A program made the position numbers and the translations under genes. Positions 52,813 through 64,000 of a DNA stretch of 64,000 bases are shown in pieces; the stretch's first letter is position 1; every line of letters starts with the position of its first letter. The notes under the pieces are model-generated. The model did not search any database. It saw nothing but the letters and a program-made list of their open reading frames with translations, and was not told the origin of the DNA. The DNA is from Botryllus schlosseri (lineage: Eukaryota), in contig CM119372.1 of the NCBI GenBank assembly GCA_051294905.1, positions 23,624,001 to 23,688,000 of the forward strand, in the 5' to 3' direction.

Positions 52813-53025
52813 TGGCCATTGCCCAGGTCTGGTTCACGCTGTTTAGCCTACATGCAATACTGTGAACTCTCTATACTCGTGGAAGTTACGTCACAAAGAC
52901 AAAATGCATACTATATTTCAAACGGAACTTGAAAGTGGGCAATGAAACATTTTAAAACGTTCAGTGGGACGCGGCTCTAAACAGGCTAAGTACCAATGTT
53001 CTAAAATGGCAATGTCATTACATAG

Positions 53026-54137
53026 TAGGGTTACCATATTTCTGAGTCTCAATTTCCTGACACTCTTCAGAGCCCACTAACGGATTTCGAAATTAGGTTT
53101 GAGCACATTGTCTGTCAATAAGCTTTGCTTATACACCAGAGGTTGTCACGATCCGGTTCAGGAGTATGTGGCTGCATGTGTCTTGTGTAACCAGGGTCAA
53201 AACCACATTTTCACCCCCTCCCGCCCAAATGAACAATTATCTTGGGCCCACCATTGGGAAATCTATGCAACTTCTGGGGGGGGGGGGGGGGGGGGGGGCT
53301 TGCTATATGCATCTGGTTGTTAAAAATTTTTTGAATGAATTCTGTCAATAATATTGGTTCTTCCATATATATCTTCCTATATAGTTTGATCCCCTCTCCG
53401 CCCACATGATTGATCAGAGTTAGAGGTAGAGCTGGTGGCGTATGATCACTTCGAAAATACAGGAAGCGTAATTGTACATCGTTCAGTCATGTTCATGTCA
53501 GACCGATAAGGTTATAGATCAGCCTAATGCCGGAGCTCACCACGGAACTTTATAAACACCCCACATCCGGTGGTTTCCAACCTTTTATGGTCCCGACTCC
53601 ATTTCCAATTTAAAAATTTTCCGTGGCCCAGATTAAAATTTGACGAGCTGATTACAAAAAGAACTCAACACCTTTGCCCAGACTTTCTCACGAGCTATTT
53701 TGTAAGCTTGGCATCTTCGCGAACCCCATAATAAAGGTAAACGACCCCCACGTTTAGAACCACTATCTTTGAATAAAGCATTTAAAAAGCCTTAACAGTA
53801 TCTAGGAATATACCGTTCTCCCATAATTGCGATTACAATTAGGCATATTTCCGTAAATAAAGGGTATTTTTATATATATTTTTATGGCAGTCTTCGCGAG
53901 GGCGGTCCCCATAAACAATATATATGATAGTAAATCGCGCGCAGCGCGAAAAAATTAATGTAGCATAATTCTTCCCAAAAAGAATGTTATTATGTTGATT
54001 TACGAAAAAATTATGAGCCCACGTCAAGCCTTGAAAATTTCAGACATTTAGGCATATTTTAGAAATTCCTCCCGGACGCAGCTTGAACAGTGAAATTCCG
54101 GACGTGTCCGGAAAATTCCGGACGTATGGCAACCCTA
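53026..54137. mobile_element. TAGGGTTACCA-type hAT MITE, with nested fragment and a G23 run
   Basis: TAGGGTTACCATA ... TATGGCAACCCTA, with TCCGGAC subterminal repeats. Flanks cattacat(ag)/cattacac. Confidence 0.65.
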
Positions 54138-55241
54138 CATTACACCAAGCACATGTCCTTCTTGCTGTGACTCCATGGTAACCTGCTACTGACCAATATA
54201 TCTGCAATCATAAACACGATCGATGAAACATTGAAGATAGACAATATCTATTGTTGCCAATGTTACATTCATTGAATCGATCGACGCAGTCGGCATCATA
54301 TTGCAGCAATCGGATGATGACTGCGATTGCAGCTCAAAAAAGCGAATACTGAGCCGATTATACATCAGCGATGCAAGCGTGTTTCGGATATACCCTAATA
54401 TTAATTCCAAATATAAATCCAGAGATGCGTAAGAATCGCACGTAAGTTTATTAAATTGCTACGCCGACAACGCTGCGTCTGATACGGTCTTAAGACATAC
54501 AGTAGTGCCATTGTCTAATTCACTGTCAACGTGACATTCAGCTGCACTCACTCAGAAAAATATTCCCCCTTATAGTCCAGACAACGGCAATCTATTTATT
54601 TACTGATAAATATTACAATCAGGCAAACATACCAGCGAATATAATAAATGTTAGCGATACAGTACCATACCTCGTTTGTTCTCGGTGGCGCCTCGTCCCG
54701 AGATTAGGTATTCGAAAGGCGTGCGAAATTCTTTGGTCAACATGCGTATTCTCACATGAAAATGTAACTTCATGAAGGCTAGGTTAATGATCTATAGTGG
54801 TACATGGTTAGAAATACACACTATTTTCGCTAAGAGTGCAACAACGCAGTGTGGTTTTCTCTAATTAATTGTTTTTCAACCGTTTATGGCGCCTTGAAAC
54901 GCTTGATGCATTACAAAATTATCACAGAACACAAAACGAAATATTAGCAAAACGAATGAAAAGATGAAACGCAAATAATTACTTTGATAATAATAATATT
55001 TCCTAACAGTTATCACAATTTATACACCCACATATAGGTCAATGAGGTGTATGGACTAGTTTGGATAATTGATATGCATGTACAAGTACAGGGTTTCCAT
55101 GCGATAAAATACGAGGACGACTTTTCACCTATCTGGAATTTTAATCTTGGAAAACACTGCTGCCCAGTTCTCACGTACAGAAGTGCGCAATGAAATACAA
55201 ACACACATGACCGCATATTTTCATAGACACAATGAAAGGCG

Positions 55242-55456
55242 TTAGCAATCGTTTCTCACACGTTGTTCACGCTCAGTAATTTCGACGATCTCCGATTTCG
55301 TAGAAAATCCGAGTGGAGACACTGATATTTCGACTTTTTTCAACTTTCTCCAAATAATATCCAGTAGGTCAGAGTATAACAACGGGTTCATGGCACTGTT
55401 TATAGGGACGATGAGTAGTCCAGCTGGCAGATAGGCGTCGTTGGAGACTTTGACAC
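55242..55456 (-). CDS. Relaxin-receptor/LGR-like class A GPCR, last exon (ECL3-TM7-C-tail)
   Basis: Acceptor ttttag|. Reads (G)VKVSNDAYLPAGLLIVPINSAMNPLLYSDLLDIIWRKLKK...RNDC*. PINSAxNPxLY is the LGR/RXFP TM7 motif. Confidence 0.88.
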
Positions 55457-55821
55457 CTAAAATCATTTTTAAACATTTCTCAGCCCGGTGGAAAATGTCA
55501 TCAATCCAAAAGTTCAAGTAGGCTGGTTTATTATTATTTTGATCAGAACAGCACGGTAATACGATGCAGTTTATAGATACTGATTTAGTCGAAATCACTC
55601 AATCAAAACACCAACGGTGACCTAGCGGTGCAATTAAATTTGATTTGAACGGATGATTTGCACCCTATATAGTTGTTTCTGCGCGGCAGTCTGAATCCTG
55701 CGTTGCCGATTATAGGCGCAGAAGCCTGTCTAATGGGGTTATCTGCGGATGCTAATCGTTGTAATTCATATACGTATTCCATGACTTTAATAACGTAATA
55801 ACACGCTCAATTCGGATTCGA

Positions 55822-56003
55822 ATGAAGATAGCTGACGAATAGTGCAGCAACAGCAACATACAACTTGATGAAGATATAGCAGACACGTAGCGCAGCAACA
55901 GCAACATGCGAATTCATGAAGATAGCAGGCACGTAGTACAGAAACAGCAACAGACAACTTGATGAAGATAGCTGACACTTAGCACAGCAACAGCAACATA
56001 CGG
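55822..56003. repeat. ~46-bp minisatellite, 4 copies, in a GPCR intron
   Basis: Units ATGAAGATAGCxGACACxTAGxxCAGCAACAGCAACAxACAACTTG. Confidence 0.85.
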
Positions 56004-57564
56004 CCGACCAACGTAACAGAATTAAGATTAACGTAAGCAAGGAACCAAAGTAAGATTTACAATTAATTTTCCGTTAACGTAAATAATCAACAACTGGTGG
56101 TTCGCGGACGCTTTATATAAGAAGAAGAACAGCCTATCTGAACAGGTAAGAACAGCCTATCTGAAAAGGCTTGATTACAAATGATTACTAAAATCAAGAT
56201 TAACAAATGAAATGCGTAATCGAAAACAATAGTCGACGTATACGATATGGAATAGTTGGAACCCTCGACATCGTCGTCGGTTCAACAGTTACAGCACGGA
56301 GTTGTAGATCATTGGTACAGAAGGGATGTTATGATCATGATGAGCGCTGACCTTAGATATGCTGGATTATACGATATAAACCTGGCCAAGAAAAGTTTTG
56401 GATGGTTTAGGACAGAGGTCAAAACCTTATTTGACAAAGGACACCTATTTACCCTATATTTTCAATTGGCAATGCGTTGGCGTTGATGGCACCACCTTAA
56501 CGGCGGCGATAGCACCGTTTATGAAGCCACTTCAGCGGTTATGACACTTTGTACACGTGTACAGATAGAGGAATCACATATATCAGGGGTGTGCTGTCAA
56601 ACCTTTTGTTGATAAGTGGGTCATGTGGACATAACCACCGGAAACTGTGGGCCGCATATATAGGTTTCCCAATCCTAGCATGGCCCAAAATAGCAGAGCG
56701 ACTTATCAAAATCATTCTATATCGAATTCCACATAGAATTAATTATTTCCTGAAGGCGAATAGCACCCATCGCGAAATTTTTTTAGGTTATAAATTTTGT
56801 CAACATATTCGTTCTCTTAGCCCACTAGAGCTTAGATACGACGTGCCAAACCAGGGGTGTCCAACCCGTTGCCCGCGTGGTATTTTTTCGAAATAATCAC
56901 CTACGTAGGTTAATTTATGATGAAATTACAACATGCTTCAATAAAGTAATTAGTTGCACTGGGGCACACCAAGCTAACCCGCGACAACCTTATAAAAAGT
57001 CTTAACCGTACGGCATGAACATGGCTGATGCATAATTATGTGTCCTAAATTTCGAGGACACCACCAACATAAGCTCTACCGGGGCCTGGACCGAGATACG
57101 ATCAAAAGTAATATTAACATATGCAATTACCAGTATTATTGCGATTTATTTGAATGACGCGTTTACCAGTGTCGTTTCATCGATTCACTAACAGAGATCT
57201 AGTTGTTTGGATGGACACGTTGAAACGCTCTACTGGAATATGTCGAGTCTAATTCCTAAACCTAATGCTAACCCCTAACCCAGTGGCAGGGCTTTGGAGC
57301 AGTCGTAAATTTTAAACTGCCTAAGCTCCAGCTCCGGAGCTCTCTTTTATCATAAAGTAGCTCAGGCTCCAGCTCTGGAGCTCATTGATAAGCACTGATC
57401 GGGCTCCAGCTCCGGCAACTATGGTTCGGTTGTAGCAGCCGCAAGGAACCGTAATTCTGTGGGGGTATGCAAAGTCCTGTGACGTGATGATTAATTCGTG
57501 TCGTCTGTTGATGACGTCATATCCGCACGAGAATGCACTTCACTCAATGCCATAGCATGTACAT

Positions 57565-58228
57565 TAGGGCTCTTCAAAAATGACTATTTTTGTCAAATCG
57601 TACTGGCTACTTGATAAAATTGTTAGGTTACCTAATTTAAGCCTACACACAAAATTTGGTTCAATTCCAGCCAGTAACCGCTTTGCTACAGGAGAATAAA
57701 GTTTCTATTTATCACATAAAAATAAATAATAAAAAATTTGAAAATTTTCTGTTCACCCCATGAAAGTGTTAGGCTGTCTATAGAAACGATGCTCACCAAA
57801 TTTGGTTCAATTCCAACCAGCGGAAGCGCAGTTATTGCCGTCGAAAAATTTGGATTTGAATAAAATAGTATTTACGGTGACCGATTCTTTTTTTATTGAT
57901 CATAGTTGAGCTCACCGTAAATACTATTTTATTCAAATCCAAATTTTCCGACGGCAAGAACTCCGCTTCCACTGGTTGGAATTGAACCAAATTTGGTGAG
58001 GATCGTTTCTATAGATAGCCTAACACTTTCATTGGGTGAACAGAATATTTTCAAATTTTTTATTAATAATTTTTTATGTAATAAATAGAAACTTTCTTCT
58101 CCTGTAGCAAAGCGATTACTGGCTGGAATTGAACCAAATTTTGAGTGTAGGCTTAAATAAGGTAACCTTACAATTTTATCAAGTAGCCAGTACGATTTGA
58201 GAAAAAAAGTCATTTTTGAAGAGCCCTA
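57565..58228. mobile_element. 664-bp foldback hAT-type element in a GPCR intron
   Basis: TAGGGCTCTTCAAAAATGAC ... GTCATTTTTGAAGAGCCCTA. ~315-bp arms and ~30-bp loop. Perfect TSD atgtacat. Confidence 0.92.
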
Positions 58229-59904
58229 ATGTACATTGTAGGTACACACATACACATTGTCGTGACACAGTGACATGGCGTTTTAATACCGGTACTGCAC
58301 TCGTTAATATCAAGCCACACATGACTAATTTAATCTTGATCCGGTGCGATTTGTTCAACTGTAACTGCAGGAATGAGCGCATGTCCTGACCTTATCAGAA
58401 GATATCTACGTTTTACCAAATATACCTAATGGTCGGAAATCGATATTGGTGAGCTCGTTACCAGTCCGTCCGTCATCGCTAAAGTTTAGTGGCATATAGG
58501 TTCAAACGAATCGAATAAACTCAGAATTAGTGCCACTGAGAATCTGGTGCTGCATCAATATTCCAGAACTTAATGCAAAGCCGTACACTGTACAGTCAGT
58601 AACCAATTAAACTACAAGCTCGCAAGTGACATTGCGCGACAATTCAAGAATACGAGTGTATCAAGCCGCCAAGAATGAATACAAAAAATTGATGTTTACA
58701 AATTGGAAAGCGCGCATCCCATCACCTCTTATATTCAACACCAGGGCAGGGTTCGGACATCGCACTTACTAGCTCGCATCGCGACAACTGTATGTGTACT
58801 ATAATAGCGATCTGGGCTGCTTCGATGCATTTCCCTATTTACGTTTGCAAATCGTTACTGGAGTAAACGATCATGCGCTTGAATGAATTTCAATTCGCAG
58901 GCATAAATGATAACACAGTGTCCAATTTGGCGCTACGATTAAAAATACTATCAACAAAGGTCGTGCATTTGCTCATCCAATTCAGAATGGAAACGATGTT
59001 TCTTGGCACGTGGCATGCGCGCCTCCAAATCGAAATGTGCAGCAAGGTCATGTTTTATTTTCTGGCGTTATATATTCGTCTCATTACTAATTAGGTAAAT
59101 TGTTCAGCTCACATAAGCATCAATCCCGCTTTGTGACATGCATGGATTTTATTATTTTTCGAACCACACAATTGGCCATCATGGTTGTGCTGAAAACGAA
59201 ATTGCGGGTAAACCTATAATAATGAGTATAATAATAAGTAATTACGGAGTAAGCGCGGCAAATCCAGCCTACCCAGGTTTGGTACCTATATGAACATGGT
59301 TACTGGTACCCGACCGACGTTACTGTGTTGACTAACAAAATGTCATCAATCTATTCTAGAATTACCCGCTTTTTACGATAGTGTATTAGTGTTGACTAAA
59401 ATAAAATATCATCACTCTGACTCGGATCCCGATTTACCCGAGTTTTACGATACTCTGACGTTCACTGCGTCGGAGTCGCATTTTTCATGGCATTTGAAGC
59501 ATTTTCATAGGAAACGAGGACAAATTCCCAAAAAGAGGACATTTAGGCGTCCTCCGAGGACACTTTCAATTTATTGAAAAAAGAGGACATATGGTAACCC
59601 TAACTAAACGTGTTTTTGACCCCAATATTGGTTATAGTTATTTTGCAAGTGCGTCTGTTCCCCACCAGAAATCTCTGAATTCCCCACTAGTGGGAAATTC
59701 CGGTTGGAAACCACAGCCCTAACCCTAACCTGGTCTCATCCATCACCCAATCCAAGCCCATCTCATGATCATTATTTGTCCCTCAGCTAGTTTGAAAATG
59801 TCGCTGTAGAATGCAGATCGTTGGTTACTATGTGCAAATAAAATTTTAATATGTTCAATGAGAGACAAAATAATTCTCGATTTTGTATGACAATCAATAT
59901 TCAC

Positions 59905-60065
59905 CGCAAAGCTTCAATAATCCCATTATGCATATCGGCATCCAGCATAGGAAGTCCGAAGCGAGTATCCAGGTCAGTTTGCGTTGCATCATAATGTTTT
60001 GTTTTCTTATTTTATCTTCTCCAGAATATGACCGATTTAGCGTCATCTTTTCCTTTGTCGCGAGT
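59905..60065 (-). CDS. Same GPCR, ICL3-TM6 exon
   Basis: Acceptor cttttag|. Reads (R)LATKEKMTLNRSYSGEDKIRKQNIMMQRKLTWILASDFLCWMPICIMGLLKLC. DFLCWxPI is the LGR TM6 motif. Donor G|GTGAAT. Phases match both neighbours. Confidence 0.88.
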
Positions 60066-60505
60066 CTAAAAGGAGTGTTCTCGTGAAAATAATACATTTT
60101 CCTTTGCGAAGTGTTATATTTTTTTCATTCACGTTTTAAACAACGCGGATGAGGTAACAAACAATTTTCAATTTTATGTATCACGTCTGCTGCGGTTAAT
60201 GCAGAGTGTTAAAAAACACAAACATTAACATATCATTTTCACACATAACGAAATCGAAAACGATAATCTGGAGAGAATTCCAAGTCTCAGAAACAGCGCC
60301 AATTGTTATCGGTACATGCCCGCAGTAATATAGCTTATTAGACCGATTTGATCCTCGCTAATCAAACTCTTGTGGACTTGCATATTACATGTATATGCTC
60401 AACTACCGAATGCCTTGTTATTTGAATGCTATGAAATAAATCGAGGATAATAATAATTAAATTATATAAATATATTATCAAGCACATGATGTGGTATACA
60501 CTCAC

Positions 60506-60890
60506 CTGTATAGAAGTACGTAAACCACAAGCATAAAAGCAAAAGCGATGAAGTTGATGATCAAAATCAGAGTAGAATATATCCAAGCTTTGTCTTTCCT
60601 ACGATCGGGAAAGAAGGTCGGAAGACAGACGGTGTGACCCGAATTCGTAAAGTACCGTGATGTTGGGATTCAGTTCTGTAATTAGACTCTTCAAATCGCC
60701 CCAATCCGTGTTCCTACATTGTAGGCTATTCTGTAAGTATGTTTTTCCGTTGTGAGTATTGTATCCAATATTTGATACATACACGCTGTCTTTGCCTCGA
60801 GTTGAATCATTGTGCATGAGATCGAGCCATTTTATTGTGTATAAGATTTCATCATTATTTATCATCTTGAAGAAATCATTTTCGCTGAAG
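60506..60890 (-). CDS. Same GPCR, long ECL2-TM5 exon with +1 frameshift at ~60640
   Basis: Reads FSENDFFKMINN...DWGDLKSLITELNPNITVLYEFG, then in a shifted frame GHTVCLPTFFPDRRKDKAWIYSTLILIINFIAFAFMLVVYVLLY. Donor AG|GTGAGT. Upstream exons not found in the window. Confidence 0.75.
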
Positions 60891-60995
60891 CTGAAGATAA
60901 GAACAACGTCATGTCCTGCGTATATATCAGAGATCAGCAATTTTGAGCGTGGAAATTTAATATTGGAGGACTCTGCAACTGATGATAATTTACGC

Positions 60996-61570
60996 CAGGG
61001 GTCTCAAACCTGCGGCACGCGGGCCGCATGCAGCCAGCAAGAGCATTTTGTGCGGCCCGCGACGGCATTTTTGATTTTCAAGTATTCGACAATATATTCA
61101 ACCGCCACATATCAATTTTAGATTCGAGATCTTCAAGTTCACTCTAAAACTACTCCTATAAACATGAAATCTCATTTAACTTCACTATCACATCACTTTC
61201 AAAAGCTATAGGCCTACCATGCATGCGATGCAAGATCAGCTATTATGTTACATTTTTAGTTCACAATAATAAAACATTACCGATTGATGATTGGTGACTG
61301 AAAATTGTGATTTGGAATTGGGCGCAACCGTTCGTAAAATACTCGAATTCGGACTGAGATGGCTCGAGTTGAGACGGGTCAAACGTTAAAATCAGAAAAG
61401 GACTTGCGATTCGGAACGACGTGACTTGGTACGACCACAGACGCAACAAACTATCAAACTGTAATAGCGAATAGTAATATATCAAAAGGTCGTAGCTTGC
61501 GCTACGTAAGGTATATAACTATCTAATCAGGAAAGTATGGAAACCATTGGCATTCTGTTGCCCCCATGAT
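60996..61570. mobile_element. 5' part of a Charlie-like MITE related to 18484-20015
   Basis: CAGGGGTCTCAAACC..GCGGCCCGC start, colinear with 18484-19030. Right end not found. Confidence 0.7.
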
Positions 61571-62853
61571 ATATAGTTAGTTACATCTTGGGTGATCTTT
61601 GGGGTCTTTATCCATGTAATTATCGCCGGTGGCGAGTAAAGTAGAGGTACGCTCCACAGCTGTAACACCAAGGCAATCTTCGGCGAGTGGACATTTCTAT
61701 TCCAGGGGTACGAGATGCATTGTGAAATAAGGACTACACTGTAAATCCGCAGGGTCGTATTGAACACTTCATAACACTTTTTTCTGCGTACAGACACACT
61801 TTTTGGGCATATAAACGCATTGGGCCATTATCGTCGCAACGCTTCTGCGTATTTCTCCGTTTACTTGTAACACTTCGCCACTGCGGCTTATTTTCAAGAA
61901 AATTTATACTTGATAATGTATCATCAATTTCGCATTGATAAACCATCGGTACGCTTGGAGATCACATTAAATCATGTTATATGTAAAATAATATTACTCA
62001 CTTGACCCAGCACCAAGTTTAAGGGTAATATTTCATTGAAATATACATATTCCCCCGTGACGCAGAGGGGTCACCACCTTCGTTACGGTAGAGCGCGCTC
62101 GATTTCAATTTGGATTTGAATTAGTGGTTCGTCAGGCTTCAGGCAGAGAGTAGGGTACACGATAAAACTTGGCGAAATGGATATATTGAAGCAGTTTCTA
62201 CTACCTGATGGCGTAAAGGATCGTAACATCCATGTACTGTAAGGTATGGAAATGCGGTAAATGTTATTGAATATATGTAATGTGAGAATAGTCATAAAAT
62301 GAACTCGTTTTGACATTGCAGTAAGGTCGTTTGTTTTAGATGTTTTAGTAGGCTACTGATATCGCTCATTCATATGAATGTTCTTTAGATGTTTTAAAGA
62401 ATATGATTCGTCTGATCTTATTGCTGGATGATCGAGCTTCGAATCTGATAATATATCATGCTGCGACCAGGTCCAGTACTACGGTACTGATGGGAAGCTG
62501 CTATAGAAGTAACTTTTTTGACATAAGGATAAAGGGATGTTCTCTTTATCCACACTGAAATATCCCTATGTAGGCGATATTGTGGTCCATTGTGGACAAG
62601 TACTGCAACGTCAGCAATTGAATGCCGGTATGACAGACATGCAACGGTTTTCATTGTTTTTCAACTGCAACACATTATACACTGTCCTGTTTATTCTAAG
62701 TGGTAAGGTGTTAACTAAAGCGATTTTTTTGACATGTCAAAATAAGGTCAAAATTTTGTCAAAATTGTACCGTTAGGTCAAAAATTGCTAAAATTCTTTA
62801 CAAAATCAAAATTTTGTTGGCAACTTGCATTTCGTTTGTATCGTAGATGATTG

Positions 62854-63447
62854 CACTATAGAATGTAAACGTGGAATGGCAGCGACCGATTTTGCAGCTT
62901 CATTCCACTTCACTGAAGCTTTACTCAGACTTATTTTACGGCAGCTACTGTAGGATTTATGACAATCCAAAAGTTGTCTTCCAGAGCTCAGAATTTACTG
63001 AATCTGGTCTTGATCGAAAGCTACTGTCGCACGGATTCCGAAAATATCAATCAAAATAGGGTCAGGCTCCGCACTTAGATGACAAATCACCCTCAACATC
63101 TAAAATTTGCATTGTTCAGAACAATCGGATGAACGCACAACAATGACCATAACAATGAACCATTGCGGCTCTTCGATTGTTCGGACAATGCCGATAATTC
63201 AGACTTGAAGGGCGAATTCTAAGCGGTTCAGTGCCTGATCATATTTTCATTTACATTTTCTGAGTCAGTGTGACAGTAGCTTTCGATCAATACCGGATTC
63301 AGGTAATTCTACGCTCTGGAAGACGACTTTTGGATTGCCATAAATCCTACAGTAGCTGCCGTAAAATAAGTCTGAGTAAAGCTTCAGCGAAGCGGAACGA
63401 GGCTGCAAAATCGGTCGCTGCCATTCCACGTTTACATTCTATAATTG
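62854..63447. mobile_element. ~600-bp palindromic non-autonomous DNA element with CACTA-like end
   Basis: CACTATAGAATGTAAACGTGGAATGGCAGCG pairs with CGCTGCCATTCCACGTTTACATTCTATA. Arms pair, with increasing divergence, to ~63130/63175. TSD unclear. Confidence 0.75.
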
Positions 63448-64000
63448 CACTGTCGGTGATCTTATCATTTTACAATTTACATCTTGTAGCCCACTTTATA
63501 GTCCCACCGTTGTAGACGGACCATCGTCTGGTCATTGTGAATCATAAATTGTCAAATGAAACAAATACTCAACACAGCCTATTGCACTATCCTAACTGAA
63601 GCAAGACTGCGTGGGCATTGGTTTTTCTATTAGAAACCGTATGATGAAAAATTTTGATGTAGACAACTTTGTCATAATGAGAGAGAGAGTGCAGTGGACG
63701 CACAACTTCAGTGTTGCCGGCCAACAACTGCAGCTGGTGAACGTTCTTTCTTAATTCTTGCCACGCTACTTAGTTAGGACAGACACTTTCTACCCGAAAA
63801 TGTAGGAAAGTATCTTTCGTTGTACTACAACAAATTTTTAATTATTTCTACCATAATACGAGATGTAACTAATACTAGAATTATTCATGAGTCGAGATTT
63901 CGATAAAATAAGTTCTTTTTCATGTAAAAATTTGTCAATTTTCATGCTAAAAGATTTTTTTCAGGTCAAATTACTTCGGAAGAACAGACAGCCCCAGTCA

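Noticed and set aside
53276..53298. G23 run and poly-Gly ORFs
   Set aside because: Homopolymer inside a MITE; the ORFs are incidental.
57255..59730. CCTAA(C)-type telomeric motifs at ~57255 and ~59718
   Set aside because: Only 2-4 degenerate units, which is common inside repeats and not evidence of a telomere.
61570..62700. Upstream GPCR exons (TM3-TM4)
   Set aside because: No hydrophobic GPCR-like reading found. A GTGAGT donor near 62000 has no convincing open exon.

Overview
AT-rich, intron-containing animal genomic DNA. The gene structure and repeat families are consistent with an invertebrate chordate such as an ascidian, but that is inference. Host genes are few. The last three coding exons of MORN3 lie on + (1-4065). 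The 3' half of a relaxin-receptor/LGR-like class A GPCR lies on - (55242-60890), with a very long ECL2 and a +1 frameshift. There are also frameshifted or partial exons of an unidentified - strand gene (16022-16825, possible 5' exons 26333-26752). Most of the window is DNA-transposon material: many non-autonomous hAT elements with 8-bp TSDs (including a four-level nest at 7316-15194 and several foldback elements), two decayed Chapaev3-type transposons, a hATm-like transposase relic and SINE-like tails. The most striking object is a ~13.4-kb element at 29340-42757. It has Polinton/Maverick-type AGTAGT...ACTACT termini, a decayed candidate 6-bp TSD and subterminal minisatellites. Almost all of it is one giant imperfect palindrome (~6.25-kb arms, ~0.9-kb spacer) of decayed, tightly packed virus-like ORFs with no recognisable core Polinton gene, and arm identity rises toward the centre. 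It is a candidate integrated snap-back/defective (satellite) Polinton genome. Identity values quoted are by-eye estimates.
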